The position numbers and the translations under genes are program-made. Under the pieces are notes generated by a model. It saw nothing but the letters and a program-made list of their open reading frames with translations, did not search any database and had not been told where the DNA came from. From Methylophilaceae bacterium (lineage in GTDB: Bacteria > Pseudomonadota > Gammaproteobacteria > Burkholderiales > Methylophilaceae), in assembly GCA_051252095.1 (NCBI GenBank), contig JBPOFK010000001.1, forward strand, positions 23,922 to 87,921: DNA of 64,000 nucleotides, in the 5' to 3' direction. Within the stretch, counting starts at the first letter, position 1, and each line of letters begins with the position of its first letter. This document shows, piece by piece, positions 1-9,879 of the stretch.

Positions 1-478
1 CACGCATTTTGATATAGCGTAATGTGACTTCTTCTACCAAGCCACTTTTGCCACCTACTTCCGCAACGTCCCCTTGACGGACTTGATTTTCAAGTAATAA
101 GAAGAATCCGGTAAAGTAGTCTTTTACAAGGCTTTGCGCACCAAAGCCAATGGCAACACCAGCAACCCCAGCAGCAGCTAAAACAGGGGCTATTGAGATG
201 CCAATTTCATTTAGAATTTGAATGCCTGCAACGACAAGGATTGCTATCGTCACGGTGTATCGGAAAACTCTGCCGATGGTATCAATGCGCTTATATTCTT
301 CTAAATCATTGATAGATCGATTTTTCAAATAGTTTTTGAGGCTTGTGATAAAGCGACCAGAAACAAATTTGACCGTTAATGCAACCATAATGATGATGCA
401 TATTCGAACGCCTGTTTTTGTGAGAGTTAAAAGTTCATTGCTATCAGTTAGGCCAATAGAAACCAGAAAATCCTGCAT
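1..478 (-). CDS. mechanosensitive ion channel, MscS family (N-terminal part; gene continues past the window edge)
   Basis: Own minus-strand translation from ATG at 478-476: MQDFLVSIGL...AAAGVAGVAIGFGAQSLVKDYFTGFFLLLENQVRQGDV. TM helices are followed by the GFGAQSLVKD / LLLE..GD signature of MscS-type channels. The frame is open to position 1. It is absent from the ORF track because it is truncated. Confidence 0.7.
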   Translation of the reverse strand, partial: MQDFLVSIGLTDSNELLTLTKTGVRICIIIMVALTVKFVSGRFITSLKNYLKNRSINDLEEYKRIDTIGRVFRYTVTIAILVVAGIQILNEIGISIAPVLAAAGVAGVAIGFGAQSLVKDYFTGFFLLLENQVRQGDVAEVGGKSGLVEEVTLRYIKMR

Positions 479-672
479 ATATTGCTCCTGTCAATGATTC
501 ATTAAAATAGATGTAATCGTCACGTTTGATATGTGACATTTCAAAGCTTGGAAACTGAGTGGTTAAAAGAGTAAAACCTAGTATACGATTGCGATGTGAA
601 GAAGCGCTTCACTATCAAAATGACAATTGATTAGAAAAATAGTTTTGGTAATGGGCATAGAATATAAATCAA

Positions 673-698
673 AAAGCCAAGTGCATGCACTTGGCTTT
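673..698 (-). terminator. rho-independent terminator downstream of sodB
   Basis: Perfect hairpin AAAGCCAAGTGCATGCACTTGGCTTT. On the minus strand it is followed by a T-run (TTTTTGATTT), 22 nt after the sodB stop. Confidence 0.7.
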
Positions 699-719
699 AT
701 AACGTAAACTTAGCAAAAA

Positions 720-1304
720 TTAAGCTGTAAAATTTGCGCTAGCAAAATCCCAGTTAACCAAGCTAGTCAAAAATGTTTCAACGAATTTTGGGCGTGCGTT
801 GCGATAGTCAATATAGTAAGCATGCTCCCATACGTCAATACAAAGTAGAGGCGTATCGCCTGTTGTTAATGGCGTGCCTGCCGCACCCATATTAACAATG
901 TCTACAGAGCCGTCAGTTTTTTTCACTAGCCATGTCCAGCCAGAACCAAAGTTACCAACTGCAGATGCTTGGAAAGCCGCTTTGAAATCATCATATGAGC
1001 CCCATTTAGTGTTGATTGCATCGGCTAGTGCACCAGTAGGTGCTGCGCCACCACTTGGTTTCATACAGTTCCAAAAGAATGTGTGATTCCATATTTGTGC
1101 AGCATTATTGTAAACGCCACCTGAAGCTTTTTTGATGATATCTTCTAAGCTGGCATTTTCAAATTCAGTGCCTGGAATAAGCTTGTTTAGGTTAGTCACA
1201 TAAGCATTGTGGTGCTTGCCATAATGAAACTCTAGTGTTTCTTCTGATAAATGTGGTGCAAGCGCGCCTTTTGCGTAGGGAAGTGCTGGTAGTGTGTGTT
1301 CCAT
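720..1304 (-). CDS. sodB: superoxide dismutase (Fe type)
   Basis: 194 aa. [34 protein letters not shown] are hallmark Fe/Mn-SOD motifs with Fe-type residues. Confidence 0.93.
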   Translation of the reverse strand: MEHTLPALPYAKGALAPHLSEETLEFHYGKHHNAYVTNLNKLIPGTEFENASLEDIIKKASGGVYNNAAQIWNHTFFWNCMKPSGGAAPTGALADAINTKWGSYDDFKAAFQASAVGNFGSGWTWLVKKTDGSVDIVNMGAAGTPLTTGDTPLLCIDVWEHAYYIDYRNARPKFVETFLTSLVNWDFASANFTA

Positions 1305-1478
1305 TGTGATCCTTTTCGTGAACTGTTGATTTTAAAATTAATAGTTATTTTTAATTATAGATTTCATACTTATTATTCTGCCATATTAAGTCAGACATAA
1401 AAACCATTATAAAGTTGCGGTTTAATTGGTTTAGTGCTCTTTTATGATCTTTGTTTAGATGTATGTGATTTACATAAG

Positions 1479-2369
1479 TTACTTGTTACGACCTTTCTTT
1501 GCTCTTGGGTGCGCAGCATCATATATTTTCGTTAAATGTTGATAATCTAAATGGGTGTAGACTTGTGTGGTACTGATGTTCACGTGCCCAAGCATTTCTT
1601 GCACTGCTCTTAAATCACCACTGGATTGTAAAACATGCGATGCAAAACTGTGGCGTAGCATGTGAGGATGAACAGAAGTATTAACCCCTTGCTTGATTGA
1701 CCAATCCTTTAACCTGTATTGAATATTGCGTGCAGAGATGCGCTTTCCTTGTTTTCCGACAAATACGGCTGTTTCTGCTGGATTACTTATTAATAGGCTA
1801 GTGCGTAAGCCTAGCCAATTTTTTAAAGCAGTGATTGCGTGACTACCGAGTGGGACGATACGTGTTTTGTTCCCTTTGCCGTGTACCAGAACTGTCCCTT
1901 CAGTAAAGTCGATTTGGTCAATATTAAGATTAACAAGCTCGCTTAGTCGTAAGCCTGAAGAGTAAAACAACTCCAATGCAGCATGGTCACGCATGCTCAA
2001 TACATCATCTTCTTTAATATCCACTAACTTGATGGCTTGTTCTATGGAGAGGGCTTGAGGCAGCGATTTTGCAGATTTAGGCGCACGGATGCCATGTGCT
2101 GGATTTTGACTAAACCCTTTCCGTTGGATGAGAAAATCAAAAAATCCACGCCAGCTGGACAGCATGCGCGCAATGCTTTTACCACCTAGGCCTTTGCTGT
2201 GTAATGTCGCAACTATTTTGCGAATGTATGTTGTGTTGACATCCTTTAGCTGAGTATCTTTACTGTAATTCAATAATTGTTTGATATCGCGCGCATAATT
2301 TTCTCTTGTGAGCGGACTTAAACCACGCTCAACGTTCAAATAATTAAGATATTCAGTTAATAAGTCCAA
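1479..2369 (-). CDS. xerC: tyrosine recombinase XerC
   Basis: 296 aa. Phage-integrase fold with ..GLRLSEL.., HMLRHSFASH and TQVYTH catalytic motifs. Sits in the conserved dapF-DUF484-xerC order. Confidence 0.88.
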   Translation of the reverse strand: MDLLTEYLNYLNVERGLSPLTRENYARDIKQLLNYSKDTQLKDVNTTYIRKIVATLHSKGLGGKSIARMLSSWRGFFDFLIQRKGFSQNPAHGIRAPKSAKSLPQALSIEQAIKLVDIKEDDVLSMRDHAALELFYSSGLRLSELVNLNIDQIDFTEGTVLVHGKGNKTRIVPLGSHAITALKNWLGLRTSLLISNPAETAVFVGKQGKRISARNIQYRLKDWSIKQGVNTSVHPHMLRHSFASHVLQSSGDLRAVQEMLGHVNISTTQVYTHLDYQHLTKIYDAAHPRAKKGRNK

Positions 2370-2372
2370 ATT

Positions 2373-3026
2373 TTACGTGTTGATATACCTAGAGAAAGCT
2401 GCACTGACATGATCGTCAAGTTTTTGTAAAAAATCTGTGCCCATGCCGACATAAAACCGTTTTTCTTCATGACTTCCCAAAGCTAAATAGCCATAAACCA
2501 TTTTATTTCTCAATGGCAATACGGCTAGTGATTGCACTGGTTGCGCAAACCAGTCATCAATAACAATGCTTGTGGGTGTTTCTCCACAGTAGACATTGTG
2601 GATAGTGTTGACCCATTTTTGAATTGATTCTGGTACGTCACTAAAGATAAGGGTTTCCGTCTCATTTGTATTTTCTGGTTTGGTCCAAACCCTTAAGCAT
2701 GTGTCCGTGATATTGAACGCTTTTGGTAGTTGGTTGGTGACCAGTTGCTCTACAGCATCAAAACTCTTTGCTTGTTGTAGTAATACGAAAAATTGATGCA
2801 TTTTGTTAGCAATAGCGTCATTTTCCTGCGCGTTGAGCACAAGTTCAGCATAACGCCCTTCAAGTGCCGCAATTTTATCGCGTTGTGCTAATTGCTGCCT
2901 TTCAGAGAGAGAGATTGTGCCGTTGCCGTGTGGGCTGGGTAAGTGAATATCAGCAAGTAGACTTGCATTTTTCTCAAAAAATTCTGGGTGTTCTTTCAAA
3001 TAAGCGCCAACTTGGTCTTCTTGCAT
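2373..3026 (-). CDS. DUF484 (YigA-like) protein
   Basis: 217 aa with N-terminus ..YLKEHPEFF... It occupies the conserved slot between dapF and xerC, 3 nt from xerC. Confidence 0.75.
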   Translation of the reverse strand: MQEDQVGAYLKEHPEFFEKNASLLADIHLPSPHGNGTISLSERQQLAQRDKIAALEGRYAELVLNAQENDAIANKMHQFFVLLQQAKSFDAVEQLVTNQLPKAFNITDTCLRVWTKPENTNETETLIFSDVPESIQKWVNTIHNVYCGETPTSIVIDDWFAQPVQSLAVLPLRNKMVYGYLALGSHEEKRFYVGMGTDFLQKLDDHVSAAFSRYINT

Positions 3027-3073
3027 TCTAAATCCTAATTTTTAAATCGCTAATGTTTAAATTTCACTAATAA

Positions 3074-3904
3074 TTAAATTTCTATGGTGCCTTCAAATAC
3101 AATTTTTGCAGGACCAGTCATCATCACAGGTGAGTTTGCGTTTTCCCATTTGATAATGAGTTGGCCACCACGTGTATTGACTAATACAGGGGATTGTAGC
3201 AAATTTAAGCGAATACCACTCACTACTGCTGCACATGCGCCAGTACCGCATGCTAACGTTTCTCCACTACCTCGCTCATAAACGCGCAATTTGATTTCGT
3301 GTGGGTTAACAATCTGCATAAAACCTGCATTAACATGATTGGGGAAATGCGGATGTGACTCTATTTGTGGACCAATTTCAGTCACTTTTGCAGTTTCAAC
3401 ATTATCTACCGTAACGACAGCGTGTGGATTTCCCATAGACACCGCTGCTATTTGAATGAATGTGTCGCCAATTGGCAAATCATAGAGCAGCTGTTGTTTA
3501 GCGGTGAGATAAGGGAGTGCATCGGGATTGAAGTTCGGCACGCCCATATTTACTTTGACCTCTCCATTATCTGCTAACGTTAACGTAATAATGCCACCAG
3601 CAGTTTCCACATTGATTTCATGTTTATTGGTGAGCCCTTTTTCGACTACATAGCGCACAAAGCATCTTGCCCCATTGCCGCATTGTTCAACTTCACCACC
3701 ATCAGCATTAAAGATTCGATAACGAAAATCCACATTTGGGAGTTGCGTTTTTTCTACCATTAAGAGTTGGTCGCAGCCCACACCAAAATAACGGTTTGCG
3801 ATATGTTGGATTTGCGCTTTGGTCAGCGTGACAAGGGATGTATAGCTGTCAATTACAACAAAATCATTGCCTGTGCCCTGCATTTTCGTAAAGTTAAGTT
3901 TCAT
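3074..3904 (-). CDS. dapF: diaminopimelate epimerase
   Basis: 276 aa. [12 protein letters not shown], both catalytic Cys motifs (CGNGARCF and ACGTGACA). Confidence 0.94.
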   Translation of the reverse strand: MKLNFTKMQGTGNDFVVIDSYTSLVTLTKAQIQHIANRYFGVGCDQLLMVEKTQLPNVDFRYRIFNADGGEVEQCGNGARCFVRYVVEKGLTNKHEINVETAGGIITLTLADNGEVKVNMGVPNFNPDALPYLTAKQQLLYDLPIGDTFIQIAAVSMGNPHAVVTVDNVETAKVTEIGPQIESHPHFPNHVNAGFMQIVNPHEIKLRVYERGSGETLACGTGACAAVVSGIRLNLLQSPVLVNTRGGQLIIKWENANSPVMMTGPAKIVFEGTIEI

Positions 3905-4074
3905 GCAGTCGATAATACTTTATTGTGATGATTTTGAGTATGGAACTAGTTAAATTTTTGTATAGTTTGAACTTATTATGCACTACAATAGCCAACTGAT
4001 TGGTTTGATGCACTTGCTTTAGCCTTTAGTAGGTGTTTCTATATTCTTTAACTTTAACGTGATCAAGGCATACA

Positions 4075-5238
4075 ATGAATGAATTTCTTTTTACTTCAGA
4101 ATCTGTTTCTGAAGGCCATCCTGATAAGTTAGCGGATCAGGTCTCCGATAGTATCTTAGACGCAATTTTAGCCCAAGACCCAACAGCGCGTGTCGCAGCA
4201 GAAACGCTAGCGAATACAGGTTTAATTGTGCTAGCAGGGGAGATTACCACCACTGCAAATGTTGATTATATTAAAGTAGCGCGTGATGCGATTAAACGCA
4301 TAGGCTATGATAATACCGACTTTGGTATTGACTATAAAGGCTGCGCTGTCTTGGTAGCCTATGACAAACAATCGCCCGATATTGCACAGGGTGTTGATAA
4401 TGCAAATGATGACCCGCTGGACCAAGGTGCTGGTGATCAAGGTTTGATGTTTGGTTACGCTGTTAATGAAACGCCACAATTGATGCCGCTACCGATTTGG
4501 TTAAGTCATCGCATCATGGAGCGACAAGCTCAGTTACGTAAAGACGGCCGCTTACCTTGGTTACGTCCAGATGCCAAAGCGCAAGTCACATTACAATATG
4601 TGGATGGTAAGCCACATAAAATTGATACGGTATTGGTATCAACACAACATGCGCCAGAAATAGCGTTAGATCAAGTGCGCGAAGCAACGATAGAAGAAAT
4701 TATTAAACCTCTATTACCAAAAGAGTTAATCAAAGGCGATGTTAAGTTTTTGGTTAACCCAACGGGACGCTTTGTGATTGGTGGACCACAAGGTGACTGT
4801 GGTTTAACCGGCCGTAAAATCATCGTCGATACATACGGTGGGTCAGCGCCACATGGCGGAGGCGCATTCTCTGGTAAAGATCCTTCAAAAGTAGATCGTT
4901 CGGCGGCTTACGCTGGGCGATATGTAGCCAAGAATATTGTGGCGGCAGGCCTAGCTGATAAGTGTATGGTGCAAATGAGTTATGCCATTGGCGTAGCGCA
5001 ACCGACTTCTATCATGATAGAGACATATGGAACAGGTAAAGTATCAGATGCCGTATTGACGCAACTGGTGCGCGAACACTTCGATTTGCGCCCAAAAGGC
5101 ATTGTGCAAATGCTTGATTTGCTCCGTCCCATTTATACTAAGACAGCAGCGTATGGTCACTTCGGGCGAGATGAACCTGAGTTTACTTGGGAGGCTACAG
5201 ATAAAGCCGATGTGCTTAAGTCTGCTGCGGGCATCTAG
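4075..5238 (+). CDS. metK: S-adenosylmethionine synthetase
   Basis: 387 aa. [44 protein letters not shown]. Confidence 0.97.
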   Translation: MNEFLFTSESVSEGHPDKLADQVSDSILDAILAQDPTARVAAETLANTGLIVLAGEITTTANVDYIKVARDAIKRIGYDNTDFGIDYKGCAVLVAYDKQSPDIAQGVDNANDDPLDQGAGDQGLMFGYAVNETPQLMPLPIWLSHRIMERQAQLRKDGRLPWLRPDAKAQVTLQYVDGKPHKIDTVLVSTQHAPEIALDQVREATIEEIIKPLLPKELIKGDVKFLVNPTGRFVIGGPQGDCGLTGRKIIVDTYGGSAPHGGGAFSGKDPSKVDRSAAYAGRYVAKNIVAAGLADKCMVQMSYAIGVAQPTSIMIETYGTGKVSDAVLTQLVREHFDLRPKGIVQMLDLLRPIYTKTAAYGHFGRDEPEFTWEATDKADVLKSAAGI

Positions 5239-5260
5239 CTTAGTTGGGTATGGCGCAAAA

Positions 5261-5288
5261 AGAGGGCTAATTAGCCCTCTTTTTTTTA
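5261..5288 (+). terminator. rho-independent terminator after metK
   Basis: Palindrome AGAGGGCTAATTAGCCCTCT followed by T8. Confidence 0.85.
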
Positions 5289-5323
5289 TATGTAAATGGT
5301 ATATATATTGTCAAAATACCTTC

Positions 5324-6535
5324 ATGCTTAAAACGATTTCCACAAAACAAGTCAGACTTGGGATGCATATCCATGAACTTAAAGGTGCATGGGTTAATCA
5401 TCCGTTTTGGAAATCTAAATTCATTATTGACAGTCCCAAAGATTTAGCCAGACTTCAAGCGAGTATTGTCAAAGAAGTGGTTATTGATGTCAGTAAAGGC
5501 TTAGATATAGAGAAAAATAAATCTCAAATAATAGAACAAGCGATAGAAAACTTAACATCTCCACAGGAAGAAAAACCTGTAATTAAAAAGATTAGTGCAG
5601 CAGAAGAAAGTAAAGCAGCAAAGCGGCTCATCATTGCTTCTAGAAAAGCAGTTCAAGGCATGTTCAGCGATGTCAGAATGGGTAAAGCGGTCAATGTGGA
5701 AGCTGTGATGCCATTAGTAGATGAAATATCGGCATCTATTGAACGAAACCAGGGCGCACTCATAAGTTTAGCACGCTTAAAAACACAAGATGACTACACT
5801 TACATGCATAGTGTTGCGGTTTGTGCACTGATGACTGCGTTAGGAAAGCAATTGGGATTAGACGACCTTGCCGTTAAGCAAGCTGGTTTGGCTGGGTTAC
5901 TACATGATGTGGGTAAAGCAGCTATTCGGCTTGAGATTCTGAATAAACCTGGGGCACTCACAGAGGATGAATTTAAATCAGTGAAGCTTCACCCAGAAAA
6001 AGGCTATGCTTTGTTACAGCAGGCAGGTATTACAGATGAGGTTGCTTTAGATGTTTGTCTGCATCATCATGAGAAAATGGATGGTACGGGCTATCCACAT
6101 CAACTTCAAGGCGATAATATTAGTCATTTTGCAAGAATGGGTGCAATTTGCGATGTCTATGATGCAATTACTTCGAATAGACCTTATAAGTCAGGTTGGG
6201 AGCCAAGTGAATCATTAAAAAAAATGGCTAGTTGGAATGGTCATTTTGATCTAGAAATACTAAAAGCTTTTGTCAGAAGTGTTGGTATTTATCCCATCGG
6301 TTCGGTTGTCTTACTAAAATCAAAACGAATGGGTGTGGTTGTTGATCAATCTACAAAATCGTTATTAACCCCTGTTGTTAAAGTTTTTTTCTCTATAAAG
6401 TCTAAATCTAGGATCCCTATTAAAATAGTGGATTTGTCAAAACCAGCGAGTAATGATGAAGTTGAGGCATTGGAAAAAGCTGAAAACTGGGGTATTTACG
6501 ATGTTGATGAACTCTGGTCAGAGCCAAGTGTCTGA
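5324..6535 (+). CDS. HD-GYP domain protein (putative c-di-GMP phosphodiesterase) with DUF3391-like N-terminus
   Basis: The track ORF starts at 5102, inside metK. I place the start at ATG 5324 (MLKTISTKQVRLGMHIHEL), after the metK terminator. Motifs LLHDVGK and HHHEKMDGTGYP mark HD-GYP. Confidence 0.82.
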   Translation: MLKTISTKQVRLGMHIHELKGAWVNHPFWKSKFIIDSPKDLARLQASIVKEVVIDVSKGLDIEKNKSQIIEQAIENLTSPQEEKPVIKKISAAEESKAAKRLIIASRKAVQGMFSDVRMGKAVNVEAVMPLVDEISASIERNQGALISLARLKTQDDYTYMHSVAVCALMTALGKQLGLDDLAVKQAGLAGLLHDVGKAAIRLEILNKPGALTEDEFKSVKLHPEKGYALLQQAGITDEVALDVCLHHHEKMDGTGYPHQLQGDNISHFARMGAICDVYDAITSNRPYKSGWEPSESLKKMASWNGHFDLEILKAFVRSVGIYPIGSVVLLKSKRMGVVVDQSTKSLLTPVVKVFFSIKSKSRIPIKIVDLSKPASNDEVEALEKAENWGIYDVDELWSEPSV

Positions 6536-6539
6536 TTTT

Positions 6540-6567
6540 TTGAAAATTTGTATTTTAAAGATATAAT
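6540..6567 (+). promoter_or_regulatory. sigma-70-type promoter for the riboswitch-ahcY operon
   Basis: TTGAAA (6540-6545), 16-nt spacer, TATAAT (6562-6567). The predicted start near 6574 falls just before the riboswitch aptamer. Confidence 0.55.
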
Positions 6568-6573
6568 AACTAA

Positions 6574-6642
6574 CTTCTGAGGAACGTTGCGAGAGTATTC
6601 CCATGCTCCCAGGCTCAGAGATGTTTTAACTGCGTTCACTTT
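6574..6642 (+). promoter_or_regulatory. SAH (S-adenosylhomocysteine) riboswitch aptamer
   Basis: CTGAGGAACGTTGCGAGAG...CTCCCAGGCTCAGAG...AACTGCGTTCAC matches the remembered SAH-element core (GAGGAGCGCUGC ... CAGGCUC ... AACGGCGCUCAC). P1 is CTGAG/CTCAG and the pseudoknot is GAACG/CGTTC. It lies directly upstream of ahcY, the classic betaproteobacterial context. Confidence 0.8.
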
Positions 6643-6730
6643 TTACTGTGCGAGCACGGAATATAAAAGGTGAGCGACTGCTTCCAACGATGTATTTCCT
6701 TGCTCAGTTTTCATTCATTAAAGGAAAATT

Positions 6731-8140
6731 ATGAATACTGTAGCTGATATAAAAGATTATGTAATTGCTGACATTGGGTTAGCTGGATATGGTCGTAAAG
6801 AAATTGCGATTGCCGAAACAGAGATGCCTGGTTTGATGGCAATTCGTGAAGAATATGCAAAAGCGCAACCTCTTAAAGGTGCGCGTATCACTGGTTCGCT
6901 TCACATGACGATTCAAACCGCTGTGCTAATTGAAACCCTAAAAGATTTGGGTGCTGAAGTGCGTTGGGCATCATGCAATATTTACTCAACCCAAGATCAT
7001 GCTGCGGCCGCTATTGCTGCAGGTGGTACACCAGTGTTTGCGGTAAAAGGCGAAACACTCGCTGAATACTGGGATTACACACACCGCATCTTCGAATGGA
7101 CGGACGGTGGTTATTCGAACATGATTCTGGATGATGGTGGCGATGCTACCTTACTACTGCATTTAGGCACACGTGCTGAAAAAGATTTATCTGTGTTGAA
7201 TAATCCAGGTTCTGAAGAAGAGATTTGTTTATTTAATGCGATTAAAGAAAAACTTAAAACAGATCCAACTTGGTACTCGACACGTTTAGCGCAAATCAAA
7301 GGGGTAACTGAAGAAACCACCACTGGTGTGCATCGTTTATACCAAATGCATAAAGAGGGTAAATTAGCTTTCCCAGCGATTAACGTTAATGACTCAGTGA
7401 CTAAATCTAAATTTGACAACTTATACGGTTGTCGCGAATCATTAGTCGATGCGATTAAGCGTGCAACCGATGTAATGATTGCAGGTAAAGTAGCAGTGGT
7501 AATTGGTTACGGTGATGTGGGTAAAGGTTCTGCACAAGCGTTGCGTGCTTTGTCAGCCCAAGTATGGGTGACCGAGATTGACCCAATCTGTGCTCTGCAA
7601 GCAGCGATGGAAGGCTACCGTGTCGTGACGATGGACTATGCTTGTGCGCATGGCGATATTTTTGTGACTACCACTGGTAACTACCACGTGATTACACATG
7701 ATCATATGGCGCGTATGAAAGACCAAGCCATTGTGTCAAACATTGGTCACTTTGATAATGAGATTGATGTCGCTTCGTTAGAAAAATATGAGTGGGATGA
7801 AATTAAACCACAGGTCGATCATGTGATTTTCCCAGATGGTAAACGCATTATTTTGTTAGCTAAAGGCCGTTTAGTGAATTTAGGCTGTGGTACTGGTCAT
7901 CCAAGTTATGTGATGAGCTCAAGCTTTGCGAATCAAACAATCGCGCAAATTGAGTTGTTTACTAAAACAGCTGATTATCCTGTAGGTGTGTATGTGTTAC
8001 CTAAACACTTGGATGAGAAAGTAGCGAGATTGCAACTGAAAACACTCAATGCAGAATTGACCGAGTTAACGCAAGAACAAGCGGATTATATTGGTGTTGA
8101 AGTGCTCGGCCCTTACAAACCAGAGCACTATCGTTATTAG
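6731..8140 (+). CDS. ahcY: adenosylhomocysteinase
   Basis: 469 aa. Typical long bacterial AhcY with the NAD-binding motif [10 protein letters not shown] and ..[11 protein letters not shown]... Confidence 0.97.
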   Translation: MNTVADIKDYVIADIGLAGYGRKEIAIAETEMPGLMAIREEYAKAQPLKGARITGSLHMTIQTAVLIETLKDLGAEVRWASCNIYSTQDHAAAAIAAGGTPVFAVKGETLAEYWDYTHRIFEWTDGGYSNMILDDGGDATLLLHLGTRAEKDLSVLNNPGSEEEICLFNAIKEKLKTDPTWYSTRLAQIKGVTEETTTGVHRLYQMHKEGKLAFPAINVNDSVTKSKFDNLYGCRESLVDAIKRATDVMIAGKVAVVIGYGDVGKGSAQALRALSAQVWVTEIDPICALQAAMEGYRVVTMDYACAHGDIFVTTTGNYHVITHDHMARMKDQAIVSNIGHFDNEIDVASLEKYEWDEIKPQVDHVIFPDGKRIILLAKGRLVNLGCGTGHPSYVMSSSFANQTIAQIELFTKTADYPVGVYVLPKHLDEKVARLQLKTLNAELTELTQEQADYIGVEVLGPYKPEHYRY

Positions 8141-8167
8141 TGATTAATAGTTAGTTAGGAGTCAGGA

Positions 8168-8518
8168 ATGAAGTTTATATTAAGCTGGATATTGAATGCA
8201 TTTGCATTGCTAGTTGTTGCTTATCTCATTCCTGATATTCACATGACTGGCCTTGATGTGGCGCTAATTGCAGCGGTTGTGATTGGTTTAGTCAATATGC
8301 TAATTAGGCCCATTTTGATTGTATTTACTTTGCCTATCACGGTATTGACACTTGGATTGTTTATCCTTGTGATTAATGGTTTCTTGTTTTGGGCTGTTGG
8401 GTACTATTTACAAGGGTTCGAGGTAAAGACTATTATGGCAGGCATAATTGGTGCAGTAGCCTACAGCCTTATTTCTTGGGTACTTGCCAGCCTGCTTATT
8501 GGTAAAAGAACACCTTGA
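8168..8518 (+). CDS. small 4-TM membrane protein (phage holin 4 / DUF360-like family)
   Basis: 116 aa and strongly hydrophobic. It occupies the conserved position between ahcY and metF seen in betaproteobacteria. Confidence 0.7.
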   Translation: MKFILSWILNAFALLVVAYLIPDIHMTGLDVALIAAVVIGLVNMLIRPILIVFTLPITVLTLGLFILVINGFLFWAVGYYLQGFEVKTIMAGIIGAVAYSLISWVLASLLIGKRTP

Positions 8519-8542
8519 TTTGTACAGGCTATTAATATAAAT

Positions 8543-9382
8543 ATGAAAAATACGACATTAAGCTTTGAATTCTTCCCACCAAAGACGGCTGAGGGGATTA
8601 ATAATCTGCGCGCCACACGTGAAAAACTAGCTATATATAAGCCAGAGTTTTTCTCTGTGACGTTTGGTGCAGGTGGGTCGACACGTGACCGCACTATGGA
8701 TACTGTATTTGAAATTCAGGATGAAGGATATTCAGCAGCCCCACATATATCCTGTATATCATCGAGTAAGGCTGAAATAAAAGAATTGCTTAATGCTTAT
8801 AAAAATAAAGGAATAAAGCGTCTGGTAGTGTTACGAGGTGATGTGCCATCAGGTGAGGTCAGTGCTGGAGATTTTAAGTATGCCGTTGATCTAGTCACTT
8901 TTATTCGTCAAGAAACTGATGATTGGTTCCATATTGAAGTCGCAGCGTATCCAGAATTTCACCCCGAATCAACTTCTGCTGCTAAAGATATTGAGCACTT
9001 TAAACGTAAAGTTGATGCAGGTGCAAACTCTGCTATTACACAGTATTTTTACAATGCGGATGCTTATTTCAGATTTTTGGATAGTTGTGATAAAGCAGGC
9101 ATTGCAGTACCGATAGTGCCAGGTATTATGCCTATTTATAACTACACCCAACTTGCCCGCTTTTCAGGAATTTGTGGCGCAGAAATTCCACGATGGCTGC
9201 GTTTGCGACTAGAAGCCTATGGAGATGATTTGCCTTCGTTAAGAGCTTTTGGCACGGATGTGATGAGCGACATATGTGAAAAATTGCTCGCAGGCGGTGT
9301 GCCTAGCTTCCATTTTTACACACTTAATCAAGCGGGCGTGATTTCTGCAATTATCAAGAATGCAAATTTGGTTAGCCAATAA
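8543..9382 (+). CDS. metF: methylenetetrahydrofolate reductase
   Basis: 279 aa. SFEFFPPKT, SVTFGAGGSTRDRT, and typical MetF length. Confidence 0.94.
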   Translation: MKNTTLSFEFFPPKTAEGINNLRATREKLAIYKPEFFSVTFGAGGSTRDRTMDTVFEIQDEGYSAAPHISCISSSKAEIKELLNAYKNKGIKRLVVLRGDVPSGEVSAGDFKYAVDLVTFIRQETDDWFHIEVAAYPEFHPESTSAAKDIEHFKRKVDAGANSAITQYFYNADAYFRFLDSCDKAGIAVPIVPGIMPIYNYTQLARFSGICGAEIPRWLRLRLEAYGDDLPSLRAFGTDVMSDICEKLLAGGVPSFHFYTLNQAGVISAIIKNANLVSQ

Positions 9383-9398
9383 TCGGTAGGCTTTAAAG

Positions 9399-9857
9399 TT
9401 ACTGTATAGTCATGCCGCGTGGATTGAATAAAGCGTCTTCTACAAAAGAATAATCTTTAACGCGACCTTGATTCCATAATGCCATCATCGTAATCCAACG
9501 GATTTCTTCAATGCCTAGCTTGACTTTGTTGAGTGCCATGGCACGGTCTATAATCAAATCGCGCTCGACATCATTAATGACATTTGCTTGTTGCAAGAAA
9601 ATTAAAAAACCTAAGCTTTCGATGTTAATTCTTTTGGACTCACTATTAGTGAAAAGGCGAATCGCAGTATCACTATGCGCATAGTCAAATTCTGGCGCAT
9701 TAAGCATAGATTTCATTTCTTGAAACCAATCAAAAGCACCTAAAATATCACCTTGTTCAAACCCTGCTGCAGATAGCTCTTGTTCCATTGTTGCATCATC
9801 AGGCATTGATTGATTTGCAAAGTAATTTTCGAACATGAACACTAAAACCTCAAACAT
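9399..9857 (-). CDS. smg: Smg protein (DUF494)
   Basis: 152 aa. MFEVLVFMFENYF N-terminus. Lies immediately downstream of dprA, as in many proteobacteria. Confidence 0.88.
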   Translation of the reverse strand: MFEVLVFMFENYFANQSMPDDATMEQELSAAGFEQGDILGAFDWFQEMKSMLNAPEFDYAHSDTAIRLFTNSESKRINIESLGFLIFLQQANVINDVERDLIIDRAMALNKVKLGIEEIRWITMMALWNQGRVKDYSFVEDALFNPRGMTIQ

Positions 9858-9879
9858 AACGTCCCTCTTGTCACATATA

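Noticed and set aside
1305-1478. A dif site or Fur box near xerC/sodB
   Set aside because: There is no 28-bp XerCD-type dyad (GGTGCGCATAA-N6-TTATGTTAAAT-like). The AT-rich AATTAATAGTTATTTTTAATTAT only loosely resembles a Fur box and is indistinguishable from AT-rich promoter DNA.
3905-4074. Possible SAM-type riboswitch in the metK leader
   Set aside because: I could not find SAM-I, SAM-II or SAM/SAH core motifs or a convincing pseudoknot. The spacer also serves the divergent dapF promoter. A cmsearch would be decisive, but nothing in the sequence supports a call.
5102-5323. N-terminal 74-codon extension of the HD-GYP ORF in the supplied track
   Set aside because: It overlaps the 3' end of metK in another frame and runs straight through the metK terminator hairpin and T-run. 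An ATG at 5324 gives a sensible N-terminus.
8168-8518. A 'phage holin' family gene as a hint of a prophage
   Set aside because: It is a single small membrane gene embedded in the conserved ahcY-metF operon, with no lysin, integrase, capsid or att-like repeats nearby. The family name is misleading here.
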